From the human T2T-CHM13v2.0 reference genome, Homo sapiens, in contig CP068257.2 in the NCBI GenBank assembly GCA_009914755.4, positions 14,240,001-14,304,000 of the forward strand: a stretch of 64,000 nucleotides of DNA, in the 5' to 3' direction. Position numbers and translations under genes: made by a program. Numbering within the stretch: position 1 is the stretch's first letter; every line of letters starts with the position of its first letter. The notes below the pieces were generated by a model. That model searched no databases. It saw nothing but the letters and a program-made list of their open reading frames with translations, and was not told the DNA's origin. Below are positions 34,834-47,640 of the stretch, piece by piece.

Positions 34834-36138
34834 CAGCTCCTTTAAGCACTTCTCTGTATTGGTTATTCTAGTTATACATTCGTCTTAATTTTTTTCAGTT
34901 TTCAACTTCTTTGCCTTTGGTTTGAATTTCCTCCTGTAGCTTGGAGTAGTTTGATCATCTGAAGCCTTCTTCTCTCAACTCATCGAAGTCATTCTCCGTC
35001 CAGCTTTGTTCCGTTGCTGGTGAGGAGCTGCGTTCCTTTGGAGGAGGAGAGGCACTCTGCTTTTTAGAGTTTCCAGTTTTTCTGTTCTGTTTTTTCCCCA
35101 TCTTGGTGGTTTTATCTACTTTTGGTCTTTGATGATGGTGATGTACAGATGGGTTTTTGGTGTGGATGTCCTTTCTGTTTGTTAGTTTTCCTTCTAACAG
35201 ACAGGACCCTCAGTTGCAGGTCTGTTGGAGTTTGCTAGAGGTCCACTCCAGACCCTGTTTGCCTGGGTACCAGCAGTGGTGGCTGCAGAACAGTGGATTT
35301 TCGTGAACCGCGAATGCTGCTGTCTGATCATTCCTCTGGAAGTTTTGTCTCAGAGGAGTACCCGGCAGTGTGAGACGTCAGTCTGCCCCTACTGGGGGGT
35401 GCCTCCCAGTTAGGCTGCTCAGGGGTCTGGGGTCAGGGACCCACTTGAGGAGGCAGTCTGCCCGTTCTCAGATCTCCAGCTGCATGCTGGGAGAACCACT
35501 GCTCTCTTCAAAGCTGTCAGACAGGGACATTTAAGTCTGCAGAGGTTACTGCTGTCTTTTTGTTTGTCTGTGCCCTGCCCCCAGAGGTGGTGCCTACTGA
35601 GGCAGGCAGGCCTCCTTGAGCTGTGGTGGGCTCCACCCAGTTCGAGCTTCCTGGCTGCTTTGTTTACCTAAGCAAGCCTGGGCAATGGCAGGCACCCCTC
35701 CCCCAGCCTCGCTGCCACCTTGCAGTTTGATCTCAGACTGCTGTTCTAGCAATCAGCGAGACTCCCTGGGCATAGGACCCTCTGAGCCAGGTGCGGGATA
35801 CAATCTCCTGGTGTGCCATTTTTTAAACCTGTTGGAAAAGCGCAGTATTGGGGTGGGAGTGACCTGATTTTCCAGGTGCCATCTGTCACCTCTTTCTTCG
35901 ACTAGGAAAGGGAACTCCCCGACCCCTTGTGCTTCCCGAGTGAGGCAATGCCTCGCCCTGCTTCAGCTTGCGCATGGTGCACTGCACCCACTGTCCTGAG
36001 CCCACTGTCTGGCACTCCCTAGTGAGATGAACCCCGTACCTCAGATGGAAATGCAGAAATCACCCATCTTCTGCGTCACTCACACTGGGAACTGTAGACC
36101 GGAGCTGTTCCTATTCGGCCATCTTGACTCCAGCCCCC

Positions 36139-37215
36139 ATAACTTATTTATTTCTGCTTTCATTTTGTTATTTACCCAGTAGTCATTCAGGAGCAGGTTG
36201 TTCAGTTTCCATGTAGTTGTGAGGTTTTGAGTGAGTTTCTGAATCCTGAATTCTAATTTGATTGCATTGTGGTCTGAGAGACAGTTTGTTGTGATTTCTG
36301 TTCTTTTACATTTGCTGAAGAGTGTTTTACTTCCAATTATGTGGTCAATTTTAGAATAAGTGCATTGTGGTGCTGAGAAGAATGTATATTCTGTTGATTT
36401 GGGGTGGAGAGTTCTGTAGATGTCTATTAGGTCTGCTTGCTGCAGAGCTGAGTTCAAATCCTGGATATCCTTGTTAACCTTCTGTTTCGTTGGTCTGTCT
36501 AATATTGACAATGAGGTGTTAAAGTGTCCCATTATTATTGTGTGGGACTCTAAGCCTCTTTGTAGGTCTCTAAGGACTTGCTTTATGAATCTGGGTGCTC
36601 CTGCATTTGGTACATATGTATTTAGGATAGTTAACTCTTCTTGTTGAATTGATCCCTTTACCATTACGTAATCGTCTTCTTTGTCTCTTTTGATCTTTGT
36701 GGGTTTAATGTCTGTTTTATCAGAGACTAGGATTGCAAACCTTGCTTTTTTTTTTTCTTTCCATTTGCTTGGTAGATCTTCCTCCATCCCTTTATCTTGG
36801 GCCTATATGAGTCTCTGCACGTGAGATGGGTCTCCTGAATACAACACACTGATGGGTCTTGACTGTTTATCTAATTTGTCAGTCTGTGTCTTTTAATTGG
36901 GGCATTTAGCCCATTTACATTTAAGGTTAATATTGTTATGTGTGAATTTGATCCTGTCATTATGATATTAGCTGGTTATTTTGCCAGTTAGTTGATGCAG
37001 TTTCTTTGTAGCATCGATGCTCTTTACAATTTGGCATGTTTTTGTAGTGGCTGGTACCGGTTGTTATTTTCCATGTGTAGTGCTTCCTTCAGGAGCTCTT
37101 GTAAGGCAGGCCTGGTGGTGACAAAATCTCTCAGCATTTGCTTGTCTGTAAAGGATTTTATTTCTCCTTCACTTATGAAGCTTAGTTTGGCTGGATATGA
37201 AATTCTGGGTCATTC
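36139..37215 (-). mobile_element. older L1PA, 5' portion (ORF2 N-terminus / inter-ORF / ORF1 C-terminus). This is part B of the split 5'-truncated L1 and continues part A at 26633-29882.
   Basis: The sequence resumes at exactly the L1 position where part A stops, with 'ataacttatttatttctgctttcattttgttatttacccagtagtcattcaggagcagg'. The minus-strand ORF 36080-36787 translates to the L1 EN domain. The element ends in ORF1 C-terminal sequence at ~37215. The outer flanks share 'tcattct', a possible TSD of the older element. Confidence 0.85.
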
Positions 37216-38564
37216 TATGTAACCAGGAAATTTCCTCTTATTTTACTAAGAACCATGACTTTCTCTGCTTAAGGTGTTACTTGTTTTTTCCCATAAAATA
37301 TGGTATACACTCATAATCTTGAATACGTGCTTTTCCTGTGTGATGAAATTCAAGTACCTTTTAATCAGCTTTGACTTCTAACTTATTTAAATTAGCTTCC
37401 CAGGAAGGGAAACAATAACACTGGAGAAACTTTTTTTTATCTTTGTGGTAAACGGCCTAAAAAACAAAGACTTTGCAGTTTTATCAGATAATTTCCTATG
37501 TTTCATGTTCTCTTTGTTGAGTTTTTTGATTAGTTAAGAAAACTGAGCTTTAAAAAGTTTAAGTCTTTTTTTTTTTAACATCTGTATAACTTTCCGTATT
37601 GCTTTTAAAGTATTTCATTATCACTTTGGGTAAAAAAATGACTATAATTTTACAGATACCTGTTATATTCTCTTGATAGGGTGTGTTTTAAACCTTTTGT
37701 AATCTTTGACAGGGTTTCTATGTATTAAAATAACTAAATTAAGTCTTTCTGCCTTAAAATTACTTTGGAATATTTCAGTTGGGCCCCTAGAGAGGATCAA
37801 TGGACATATCTCTCATCTTGTACAGATATTAAGTGATTAGGTTTATTTAGTAATTGTATAAAGAAAGTCAAATGATAAGTGATGTTAGATCTTTTAATTA
37901 CATTTACAGGTATGTTATTGATATGACGATCATAAAATTATATAATATTCTTAAAAATCTAGTATGTCATTAGTCATAATTCTGGTTATTATATTGAATG
38001 CCACAAAATAACCGAATTTCCTTGTCTACTGCTTCACTTCCATCAGATTTTTAACTATGGCTATTCTAAATCTCTGTCATCCATAGTTTTTACTTCCTTG
38101 AATGTACACATAGTTTATCATGGGACTCTTATTTCCATTGCAATGCCTTTTCCCAAATATTATTTTTTAAAGAAAGTCTTTATTTCTGGTTGTTATTTGG
38201 GTTGACAGTTTCATCCATTTTGTTGTATCTCTATGATTTCCTTTTCATATTATTAATACAGCCAGCACAAGGGAAAAGAGACTGTTGGGAAAGCACACTA
38301 GCCTCTTAAATTATTTGGCCCAATGTGACATACACCAATCATTTTCACTCACCTTTCATTAGACAAACACTAGTCACATGGCTACCTCTGGGAGCTAATG
38401 GGGCTAGGGAAATGTACAACCTGGTTGGGCAGCTGCTCTATAGCCAATCCTTTTATTTTCAGCCATAGAACACATTTGCCCTCTACTCAAGGAAAATAAT
38501 GCAAATTCTCATTCCCTTCTTATATCCAGAAAAACAGTCCAAGCTCTCTGGATGATGTTCAGTG

Positions 38565-39045
38565 TAGTAGGCTGAATAATGGTCACCCAAAGATATGACA
38601 TCCTAATTCCTGGGACCTATAAATGTTACTCCATAAGTAAAAAGCAACTCTACAGATGTGATTAAGGATCTTGACATTGGAGATTAGCCTGGATTAGCTG
38701 AGTGGACTTTAGATGCAATCACAAGTACCCTTAAAAGTGAAAGGCAGAAAGAAATTTGAGACAGAAGAGAAGACAGAAAAGGAGAAGGCCACGTGAAGAT
38801 GGATGCAGAGATTATAGGATTTGGATGCAGCAAAAGTATGCCATTTACCACCCAAACTGGATGAGATAAGGAATGGTCTTCCAGAGCCTCTGGAGGGAAC
38901 ACAGCCTTGCCAACACCTTGATTTCAGCCAAGGAAACTGATGTTGAACTTCTGACTCCAGACTATGAGAGAAAACATTTTTGTTATTTGAAGTCACCAAG
39001 TTTGTGATCATTTGTTACAGAGCCATAGGAAATGAATGACTGACA
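38565..39045. mobile_element. ERVL-MaLR LTR (MLT1-family-like), solo
   Basis: '...gatatgacatcctaattcctgggacctataaatgttactccataagtaaaaagcaactctacagatgtgattaaggatcttgacattggagattagcctggattagc...ttgatttcagccaaggaaactgatgttgaacttctgactccagactatgagagaaaacatttttgttatttgaagtcaccaagtttgtgatcatttgttacagagcc' matches canonical MLT1 motifs. Confidence 0.55.
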
Positions 39046-39916
39046 GTGACTCTTCATGATCATTTGAGCATGTTTTTGAGTGGTCCTAAGGACAGTTAAG
39101 CAATCAGTAGATCTTCTTTTTCCTTCTTGGAAGGGGAAAAGGACTTTTTAGCAGTGGATACCACATTATCATCTCTGATACTTTTGGTCTGATGAGATAA
39201 AGATTGATATTAGTTCACGGTGAGAAAAGCACTGGAAAACATACAAAGATGGTCTGCCTTTTCAGAATCTGCTTTGGTGTTTCCACAGTCCTCTTTTAAC
39301 ATAGATACACAAGAGACTATGTTTATCAGAATTTCACCCATTACAATCAATTACTGTTTGTGTGTATTCCTTCTGTGTGCCTTACCTGTTATCAGTGGTG
39401 CTTAAGGAATGAGAGACTTGACCTAAAATATTTTCGTGGTGACAAGATTTTTTGATCACCCTATATCTTTTCACCCCACTCCAGCTAATATCATCCTGAT
39501 TTCTATTGGGTTAGTTAACTCTCCCAATTTTTTAGATTAAAACTACAGTGCTCTTGTCTTCTCTAAGCAAGGAATAGGTATATGACCTAAGCTTCAGATA
39601 TTGGGCTTACCTTCCAAGGACTTTGACTTTTAAGCAGAAGAGTGGTAAAGACAGAGAGTGTTTGGATGTCATTACTTTCTGCAGTTATCTTTTGCAGGAT
39701 GATCAAGTTGTGCCTGCTGCCTGGAACTCTAGAACAACTCTTGATCCAGATTTTTCCTGAAGTTCTCTAGACTTTCTGTCAATCGTGTATGCTGCCCAAT
39801 AGCATCAAAATAAATTTTTTTCTAGTTTTTTTCTTTAAAAATTTTACTTAAAAATTTTCCCCCAATCATCAGAACCTATGAATAAAACAAATTTTATACT
39901 TGCTTAGGTTGGACAT

Positions 39917-39944
39917 TGATATGGTTTGGCTCTGTGTCTCCACC
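39917..39944 (+). mobile_element. 5' 28 bp of a THE1/MST-like MaLR solo LTR (host LTR, part 1) that is interrupted by a nested MaLR insertion
   Basis: 'tgatatggtttggctctgtgtctccacc' is the start of the THE1-type LTR consensus 'TGATATGGTTTGGCTGTGTCCCCACC'. It continues at 42234. Confidence 0.7.
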
Positions 39945-42233
39945 TGTATTAGTCCATTTTCATGCTGCTGATAAAGTCACACCTGAGACTGGGCAATTTA
40001 CAAAAGAAAGAGGTTTAATTGGACTCACAGTTCCATGTGGCTGGGGAGGCCTCAGAATCATGGCAGAAGGCAAGGAGGAACAAGTCACGTCTTGCATGGA
40101 TGACAGCAGGCAAAAAAAAAAGAAAGTTTGCTCAGGGAAACTCCCATTTCTAAAACCATCAGATCTCATAAGACGTATTCACTATCAAAAGAACAGCATG
40201 GGAAAGACCTGCCCCCATGATTTAATTACCTCCTACCAGGTCCCTTCCACAACACATGGGAATTCGAGATGAGATTTGGGTGGGGACACAGAGCCAAACC
40301 ATATCGTTCCGCCCCAGCCCCTCCCAAATCTCATGTCCTCACATTTCAAAACCAATCATGCCTTCCCAACAGTTTCCCAAAGTCTTAACTCATTTCAGCA
40401 TTAACTCAAAAGTCCACAGTCCAATGTCTCATCTGAGACAAGGAAAGCCCCTTCCACTTATGAGGTTGTAAAATCAAAAGCAAGTTAGTTACTTCCTAGA
40501 TATTATGAGGGTACAGGCATTGGGTAAATAGAGCCATTCCAATTGGGAGAAAATAGCCAAAACAAAGGGGCTGCAGGCCACATGCAAGTCCAAAATTCAG
40601 CGGGACAGTAAAATCTTAAAGCTCCAAAATCATATCCTTTGACTCCATGTCTCACATCCAGGTCACGCTGATGCAAGAGATGGGCTCCCTTGGACTTGGG
40701 CAGCTCTGCCCCTGTGGCTTTGCAGGGTATGCACCCCTTCCTGGCTGCTTTCATGGGCTGGCATTGAGTGTCTTTGGCTTTACCGGGTGCACAGTGAAAG
40801 CTGGCAGTGGATCTACCATTCTGGGGTCTGGAGGATGGTGGCCCTTTTCTCACAGCTCCACTAAGTGGTGCCTAAATAGGGACTCTGTGTAGGGGTTCTG
40901 ATCCCACATTTCCCTTCTGCACTGCCCTAACAGAAGTTCTCCATGAGGACCCTGCCCCTGCAGCAAACTTCTGCCTGGGCATCCAGGTATTTCCATACAT
41001 CTTTTAAATTCTAGGTGGAGGTTCTCAAACCTCAGTTCTTGACTTCTGTGCACCCATAGTCTCAACACCACATGGAAGCTGCCAAGGCTTGGGGCTTCCA
41101 ATCTCTGATGCCACAGCCCAAGCCGTAACTTGGCCCCTTTTAGTCACAGCTAGAGCTGCTGGGATTCAGGGCACCAAGTCCCTAGACTACACACAACATG
41201 GGGACCCTGGGCCTGGCCTTTCAAACCTTATTTTCCTCCTAGGTCTCTGGGCCTGTGATGGGAAGGGCTGCCATGAAGACTTCTGACATGCCGTGGAGAC
41301 ATTTTCCTTATCATCTTGAGGATTAATATTCAGCTCCTTGTCATATATGCAAATTTCTGCAGACGGCTTGAATTTCTCCTCAGAAAATGAGATTTTCTTT
41401 TCTATCATATTGTCAGGCTGTGAATTTTTCAAACTTTTATGCTCTGCTTCTATTATAAAAATGAATGCCTTTAAAAGCACCCAAGTCACATCTTGAATGC
41501 TTCTGCTTAGACATTTCTTCTGCTAGATACCCTAAATCATCTCTCTCAAGTTCAAAGTTCCACAAATTTCTAGGGCAGGGGCAAAATGCCACCAGTCTCT
41601 GCTAAATCATAACAAGAGTCACTTTTGCTCCAGTTCCCAGTAAGTTCCTCATTTACATCTGAGACCACCTCAGCCTAGATTTCATTGTCCATATGATTAT
41701 CAACGTTTTGGTCAAAGCCATTCAACAAGTCTCTAGGGAGTTCAAAGTTTCCCATGTTTTCCTGTGTACTTCTGAGCCCTCCAAACTGTTCCAACCTCTG
41801 CCTGTTACCCAGGTCCAAAGTTGCTTCCACATTTTTAAGTACCTTTTCAGCAATACCCCACTCTACTGGTACCAATTTACTGTATTAATCCAGTTTCATG
41901 CTGCTGATAAAAACATATCTGAGACTGGGCAATTTACAAAAGAAAGAGGTTTATTAGACTTACAGTTCCACATGGCTGGGGAGGCCTAACAATCATGTTG
42001 GAAGGCAAGGAAGAGCAAGTCACACCTTATGTGGATGGCAGAAGGCAAAAAAAAGAGCTTGTGTAGGGAAACTTCCATTTTTAAAACCATCAGATCTCAT
42101 GAGACTTAGTCACTCTCACGATAACAGCATGGGAAAGACCTGCCTTCATGATTCAATTACCTCACCAGGTTGTTCCCACAACACGTGGGAATTCAAGATG
42201 AGATTTGGGTGGGGACACAGCCAAACCATATCA
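39945..42233 (-). mobile_element. complete THE1/MST-like ERVL-MaLR element (LTR-internal-LTR, ~2.29 kb). The LTRs are at 39945-40305 and 41881-42233 and the internal region at 40306-41880. It is flanked by a 5-bp TSD 'ccacc'.
   Basis: Both LTRs begin 'tgtatta(g/a)tcc...catgctgctgataaa...gagactgggcaatttacaaaagaaagaggttta' and end '...gatttgggtggggacacag(ag)ccaaaccatatc(a)', which is the reverse complement of a THE1 LTR. 'ccacc' appears at 39940-39944 and at 42234-42238. The internal region is non-coding, as expected for MaLR. Confidence 0.75.
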
Positions 42234-42593
42234 CCACCCAAATCTCATGTTGAATTGTTATCTTCAGTGTTGGACAGGAGGCATGGTGGGAGGCAATTGT
42301 ATCATGGGACTTGATTTCCCTCTTGCTGTTCCTGTGATAGTGAGTGAGTTCTCATGAGATCTGGTTATTTAAAAGTGTGTAGCACTTTCCCTTCTCTCTC
42401 TCTCCTGCCACCATGTGAAGTCGTGCTTGCTTCCCCTTTGCCCTTCCTCCATGCCATGATTGTAAGTTTCCTGAGGCCTCCCCAGCCATGCTTCCTGCAC
42501 AGCCTATGGAACTGAGTAAATTAAACCTCTTTTCTTTATAAATTACCCAGTCTCAGGTAGTTATTTATAGCAATGTGAAAACTGACTAATACA
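42234..42593 (+). mobile_element. THE1/MST-like MaLR solo LTR, remainder (host LTR, part 2)
   Basis: 'ccacccaaatctcatgttgaattg...cctgtgatagtgagtgagttctcatgagatctggttatttaaaagtgtgtagcactttccc...ccatgattgtaagtttcctgaggcctccccagccatgcttcctgcacagcctatggaactgagtaaattaaacctcttttctttataaattacccagtctcaggtag...actgactaatacag' is collinear with the THE1 LTR consensus from ~position 25 to the end. Confidence 0.75.
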
Positions 42594-45500
42594 GACATCA
42601 TAAATGTCTGTTGTTTGCAACTAAATAATCTTAAATCTACAGGAAGTGATGAAAGTAAGTTCTGATATCTCGAGGGAATTTTCCACTTGGAAGAGAGGAA
42701 GGAATAGCACAGTTAAATGGATAATTTATAAAAAGAAGTGTTGACCTACATATTTATTTAGGTAATGGAAATACCTTAATATCTCTGAAAATTATCTAGT
42801 TATTTTGACCTATGTGCTTTTTAAAATGTCCATATTGATGATAAGGAGTGGCTTTTCATTCCGGTAAATTCATTCTGCTTTGAATTATGTAATTTAACAT
42901 GTATTCAAATTACTTCTATTTAAAAGTACACAAATTGATCTCATTTTCACTTGGCATTTTAATTTATCAATACCTGTGTGGATATTTCACAGTATTTTCA
43001 GTACAGGAAATTTCCTTCCAAACAGTAGAGATTAGATACATGTATTGTATAAGATGGTATATTTATATTGCCATAAATGGATACGTTAAAAATAATGTCT
43101 ACTTCAAGAAAGATTGTGGGACTTTATTTTGTTAAAGTAATATTTTGGATTTCCTACATTTTTATGTCATTATTTTGAAACAAATTTATATGCGTACCAT
43201 TAATTATTATTGAATTTAAAACTGCTTGAAGATGTATATCATTCTGGGATCAATTAGGATACAAGACCCACATTGTAATTTTAACAGAGAAAGTTTAATA
43301 TAAAAATTAATAACTATAACCTACCTACGTTACCAACCAAGTGAAAAAAGAACTCTAAACAATAGTGGAATTGTAGATATAGGAAACAGCCATTACCTGT
43401 GGGCCTAAGGCAAGAGCATCAAAGGAAGAAACAAATCTGGAGTAAGTACCCTTCTCTGCCATTTGAGAGGCTGGGGTCACGGCCATGGCCCATTGATTAG
43501 TGGAAAAGTTCTCTGAGGAATATTGCCAGCAGAAATTGCTAAGAAGTTGTCTTCTGGGATGCTTGGGAAACTATCCACAGGGGCAGTTGCTTCATGGAAT
43601 TTGCTAGTAAGCTGCTTGAAGGGAGGCTGCCCTCTGAAATGCCAGGGGAAGCTGCCCATGCAAAGGTGCCATGCAGCAGAGCTCACTGGAGGGTGGCCCT
43701 ACTGCATTTTCCGTGCCCTGCTATATGCTGTGTACCACAGGAGCAAGCAGAGAAAAACACTGGAAACAAGCCCTGTTTTCCTTCAGTGTTTCCTAGAGCC
43801 ATCTGCTGACAACACGAACATTGGGCATCTGACAGAGGAGAAATATTTATAAGGTTTAGCTCCAGTATCACAGGCAGAGCAATGGAGGATGGATTTGGAG
43901 CTGCAAGGCAATAAACTGGTAACTGAACAAAGTAAGTAGAATTGCTTTTTTTTTTCCTAAGTGAAAACAAGGGGTCTTGCAAGACTTGGAATTCACAGAT
44001 TTATCCAACAAGGGAAAACAGTAAAATTTTACATATGGCTTCATATAGTTGTTTAAACTTCATAAACAAGAATCTAGTTAATGTTTAGTTTTTGGAATAT
44101 TCCTTTGAAATATTTAAGTGCATTTATGCAGTGAAAGTGTCAGAATTCTCAGTTTTAGCCTGTGAATATGCTCTATTGGAGAATTTTTTTTTAAATAAAA
44201 GATACTGCCTGGTCATAAACAGTTCATTCCCTAGGGGGAATGTCTGTGGTTTCTTAAAAATTGAGTTGGGGTAGTATTTGCATGGTTCAAGCCAAGCTGA
44301 TTTTGGTGTATTGCTGAATCATCCAAGACACGGAGTTGTATTCCATTTAACCTGATTGGATAGAAATAAACATACCATGTGTTGAGGTTGCATCTACAAT
44401 ACATTGTAAATTGTAAAGTGCTATGTAAATCTACTCTAGAAGTATTTCTGTTTTGACTCTACTTTTTCTAATGTTATATAACTTTTATAACGTTTAAAAA
44501 ATTCTCTTTGTAAAATCATTCTTAACAGCTGTTGAAGTGATATCACAGAGCTCATCAGAGAGACCAATTCAAAATACTATTTATAACTCTCTGTGACTGT
44601 AGGAGTTTACTATAAAATAACAGCTTCTAGATGTCATCTAGAGGAAAACTAACTCTTTCCCAAGTGGGCCTGAACGTTATTAGAACTTCAGATAGCTGTC
44701 ACCCCTTAGGCATTTCTGCAGAAATACCGTCATTTCATATTACACTTGTAATGTTCTGAATCTTTATTGTCCAGAGTTTGTTTTGCAGTGGCTGTAGAAC
44801 CAATCAAAGAGGAATGAAATTGAAGTAATGGCTTGCTATTTCCCAGTGTATTCCACAGAAATATGATGAAATCCTATCATCAGAATGAATGTTTTATAAA
44901 ATTGAGTTTATTTTTGTGCTAAGATTTCTAGAGTTTACCTTCTAACATAAGGTTCCAGCATATCCCGAATTTAATTTTAAAAGGCTTGGGAGTTTCCAAA
45001 TATCATTACCATATTTTCCAATCATGCACAACCAATTTGTAATTTAAGCAGAAAAGAAAATAGAGCATGAGTAAGGCTGAAGTGTTTGCATCTGATACAC
45101 CTGCCTAAACTGTGTAGCTGAAAGAGTGGATATTTCAGATACCACAGGGTGGAGCATGGGCCACTCTGTAACTCTATTGTAGAAACTGCTTTTTAAGTTT
45201 TCTGGAGTAGAGTTGTTATTTAATTAAGTAATATAGATCCCCCTCTAAAAATTAGTCCCCTCCCAAATTCCTCATCTCTTAATTACTGTAAATACTGGTT
45301 TCATTTTGCTTGCAAGTAGTTTTCTGCTTCCTACATTTTTGAGGTTTACTAATTTGGAAAGAATTATAATTTGTGTACTCTACCTCATATAACTCGGTAA
45401 TACTACAGAGTCCATGGTAGAAAAGTTTCATTTTCCGTGTTTTGGTCAATTTTCAAGAACTCTTATTCATAACATAGTCAGTTTTATTTGCTTTATAAGA

Positions 45501-46460
45501 CAATAATTTCTTACAAATACAAGAATGTTAGAACTGCCATTTAAGAGAAAAAAGCTTCCTGTCTTCCTTTATTTAAATATTAAAATTAGAAAATCCCTTT
45601 TGCCTAACAACATTCATCCCTGAGATTCAGATACCTTCAAATAAAACCAATAAAGGTGGAAAGTGACACATTTATCCTTTTACATTTGATTTAATGGAAA
45701 AGTTAGTCATCCACAATTTTTTTTCTCTTGAAAATAAAAACCAGACGAAAAAATCATGTTAAGGCAAATGGCCACACAATTTCAGATATTCAATGGTTTT
45801 GAAATCTCAATGGAGTCTTTCAATTGTTGCTTTTAAGAGAGAAAGGTTTACAAGAACTTTTATAGTCTTATCTCACAGGGAAAAATATTCTATAAAAAGG
45901 CTTATATTGCTTTTGAATCATGCCATTATCTCATAAATAAAGACTCAATAAAAATTGACTAAAAAAGAGAGAGAAAAGAAACAGTATTTAAAGTGAGATG
46001 GTATATTAAAAATGATCAAATTCAATAAAACCTTTTTGGGCTTGTTTTTCAAATAACTAGATACTAAGAACTCATTAAGGAAGAAAGGTAGTTCAGAGCA
46101 ACTAGAAAATTAATTAACTATTTAACTTAAAGTTTGATGGGCACTTGTCTTTAAGGGTTCCATTCTCACAAATAATATTCATAATTATGTTTGACAATAT
46201 TTGAATAATCCTGATTTACAAGCAATTAGGTATATAGGCACTTGTAAATGATTATGGGATGTATGTACAGGGATTGTAAGGGATGGTGAAAGAAAATATG
46301 CAAATGATTGTGGACAAATGAACCCCAATCCATAACACAGCTGACAATAATTGGTATACATGGAGTAGAACACATACATTTTTGACCCTAATTCTTAAGT
46401 TTTTAACCTACATTCCAGTCTCATGTTGTAAAAAGCCATTATTAATTGCTGTCATTAACT

Positions 46461-46755
46461 TTTTTTTTTTTTTGAGATGGAGTCTCACTCTGTTGCCCAG
46501 GCTGGAGTGCATTGGTGCTATCTTGGCTCACTGCAACTTCCGCCTCACAGGTTCAAATGATTCTCCCACTTCAGCTGCCTGAGTAGCTGGGATTATGAGC
46601 GTGTACCACCATGCTTGGCTAATTTTTGTATTTATAGTGGAGACAGGGTTTTACTATGTTGGCCAGGCTGGTCTTCTAACTCCTGATCCCAAGTGATTCA
46701 CCTAACTCGGCCTCCCAAATTGCTGGGATTACAGGTGTGAGCACTGCATCTGGCC
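46461..46755 (-). mobile_element. Alu, full length, minus strand, with a 15-bp TSD 'tgctgtcattaactt'
   Basis: A poly-T run is followed by 'gagatggagtctcactctgttgcccaggctggagtgcattggtg...ctgggattacaggtgtgagcactgcatctggcc'. The TSD lies at 46446-46460 and at 46756-46770. Confidence 0.9.
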
Positions 46756-47099
46756 TGCTGTCATTAACTTCTTAGTGGTTGGTGCTGGGTGACCATTTGC
46801 ATAAATACATTTCATTAAATGGGAATTATAATTCATTAGCTATATTGAGCTGTCCCACTTCACCAACGTTTATAGTAAATCTGATACATAATAACGACTA
46901 TTAAATTCTTTGTCAGATAACTCCATCTGTGCCAGTTTGTTCTTGGCATCTATTGATTGTTTTTTACATCGTTCAAGTTGAGATTTTTCTGGTTCTTGGT
47001 AAAAGGATTCATTTGTGACTGTATCCTGGACATTTTGTGTGGTACGTTGTGAGACTGGATCTTATATAACTCTGTTCCACAGGTTCCTCTGAGGCTGGC

Positions 47100-47640
47100 A
47101 GGGGATGTGACAGGATCTCTTCATCACTGCCATGTGAAAACCAAATCCAGGTTCCCCACTAGGCCTCTGTAGACACCATGCTGGAGGGAGGTGGCAGGGA
47201 GGGGGTACCTCATTACTTCTGAGTAGGGTTGAGAATTTAGGCTTCCTATTCAACCTTTGCTGACACCTGCCTGGCTGGAATGCCTTCTTATTGCTTTCTT
47301 CACAGCTTCCACTGACACCACAGGGCAGGAGTGGAAGTGGCCTCACCCTTCTGCGGGCAGCGGGGAGAGTTTGGACTCTCCACTAGGCCTCCTCTGACGC
47401 CACTAAAGGGTGGAGGGGAAGATGCTTTAGTGCCACAGCATGAGGGTGTAAGTCCAGGCTCCCCATGTGCTCTTTGCTGACACCTGCAGAGTGGGGTGGG
47501 GTTTCTTATGTTTGATGGAGATGAACTTCCCAAATTCCCACACAGCCTTCTCTGACCACCCAGCAGGAGTGGAGTGTGCAGAGTGCCTGAGCAGCTGGGT
47601 CAGAGTGGAAATCTAGTCTTCCTACTCCACATTTGTTGAT
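47100..47640. repeat. unclassified diverged tandem-repeat block (~3 units of ~160-220 bp), GC-richer than its surroundings
   Basis: The motifs 'ccactaggcctc..tgac.cc' (at 47153, 47377 and 47538) and 'tttgctgacacctgc' (at 47257 and 47470) recur at spacings of roughly 160-220 bp. I could not assign a family. Confidence 0.4.

Noticed and set aside
40503-41489. Several ORFs of ~100 aa inside the MaLR internal region
   Set aside because: MaLR internal sequences are non-coding relics. The ORFs overlap on both strands and lack recognisable gag/pol motifs.
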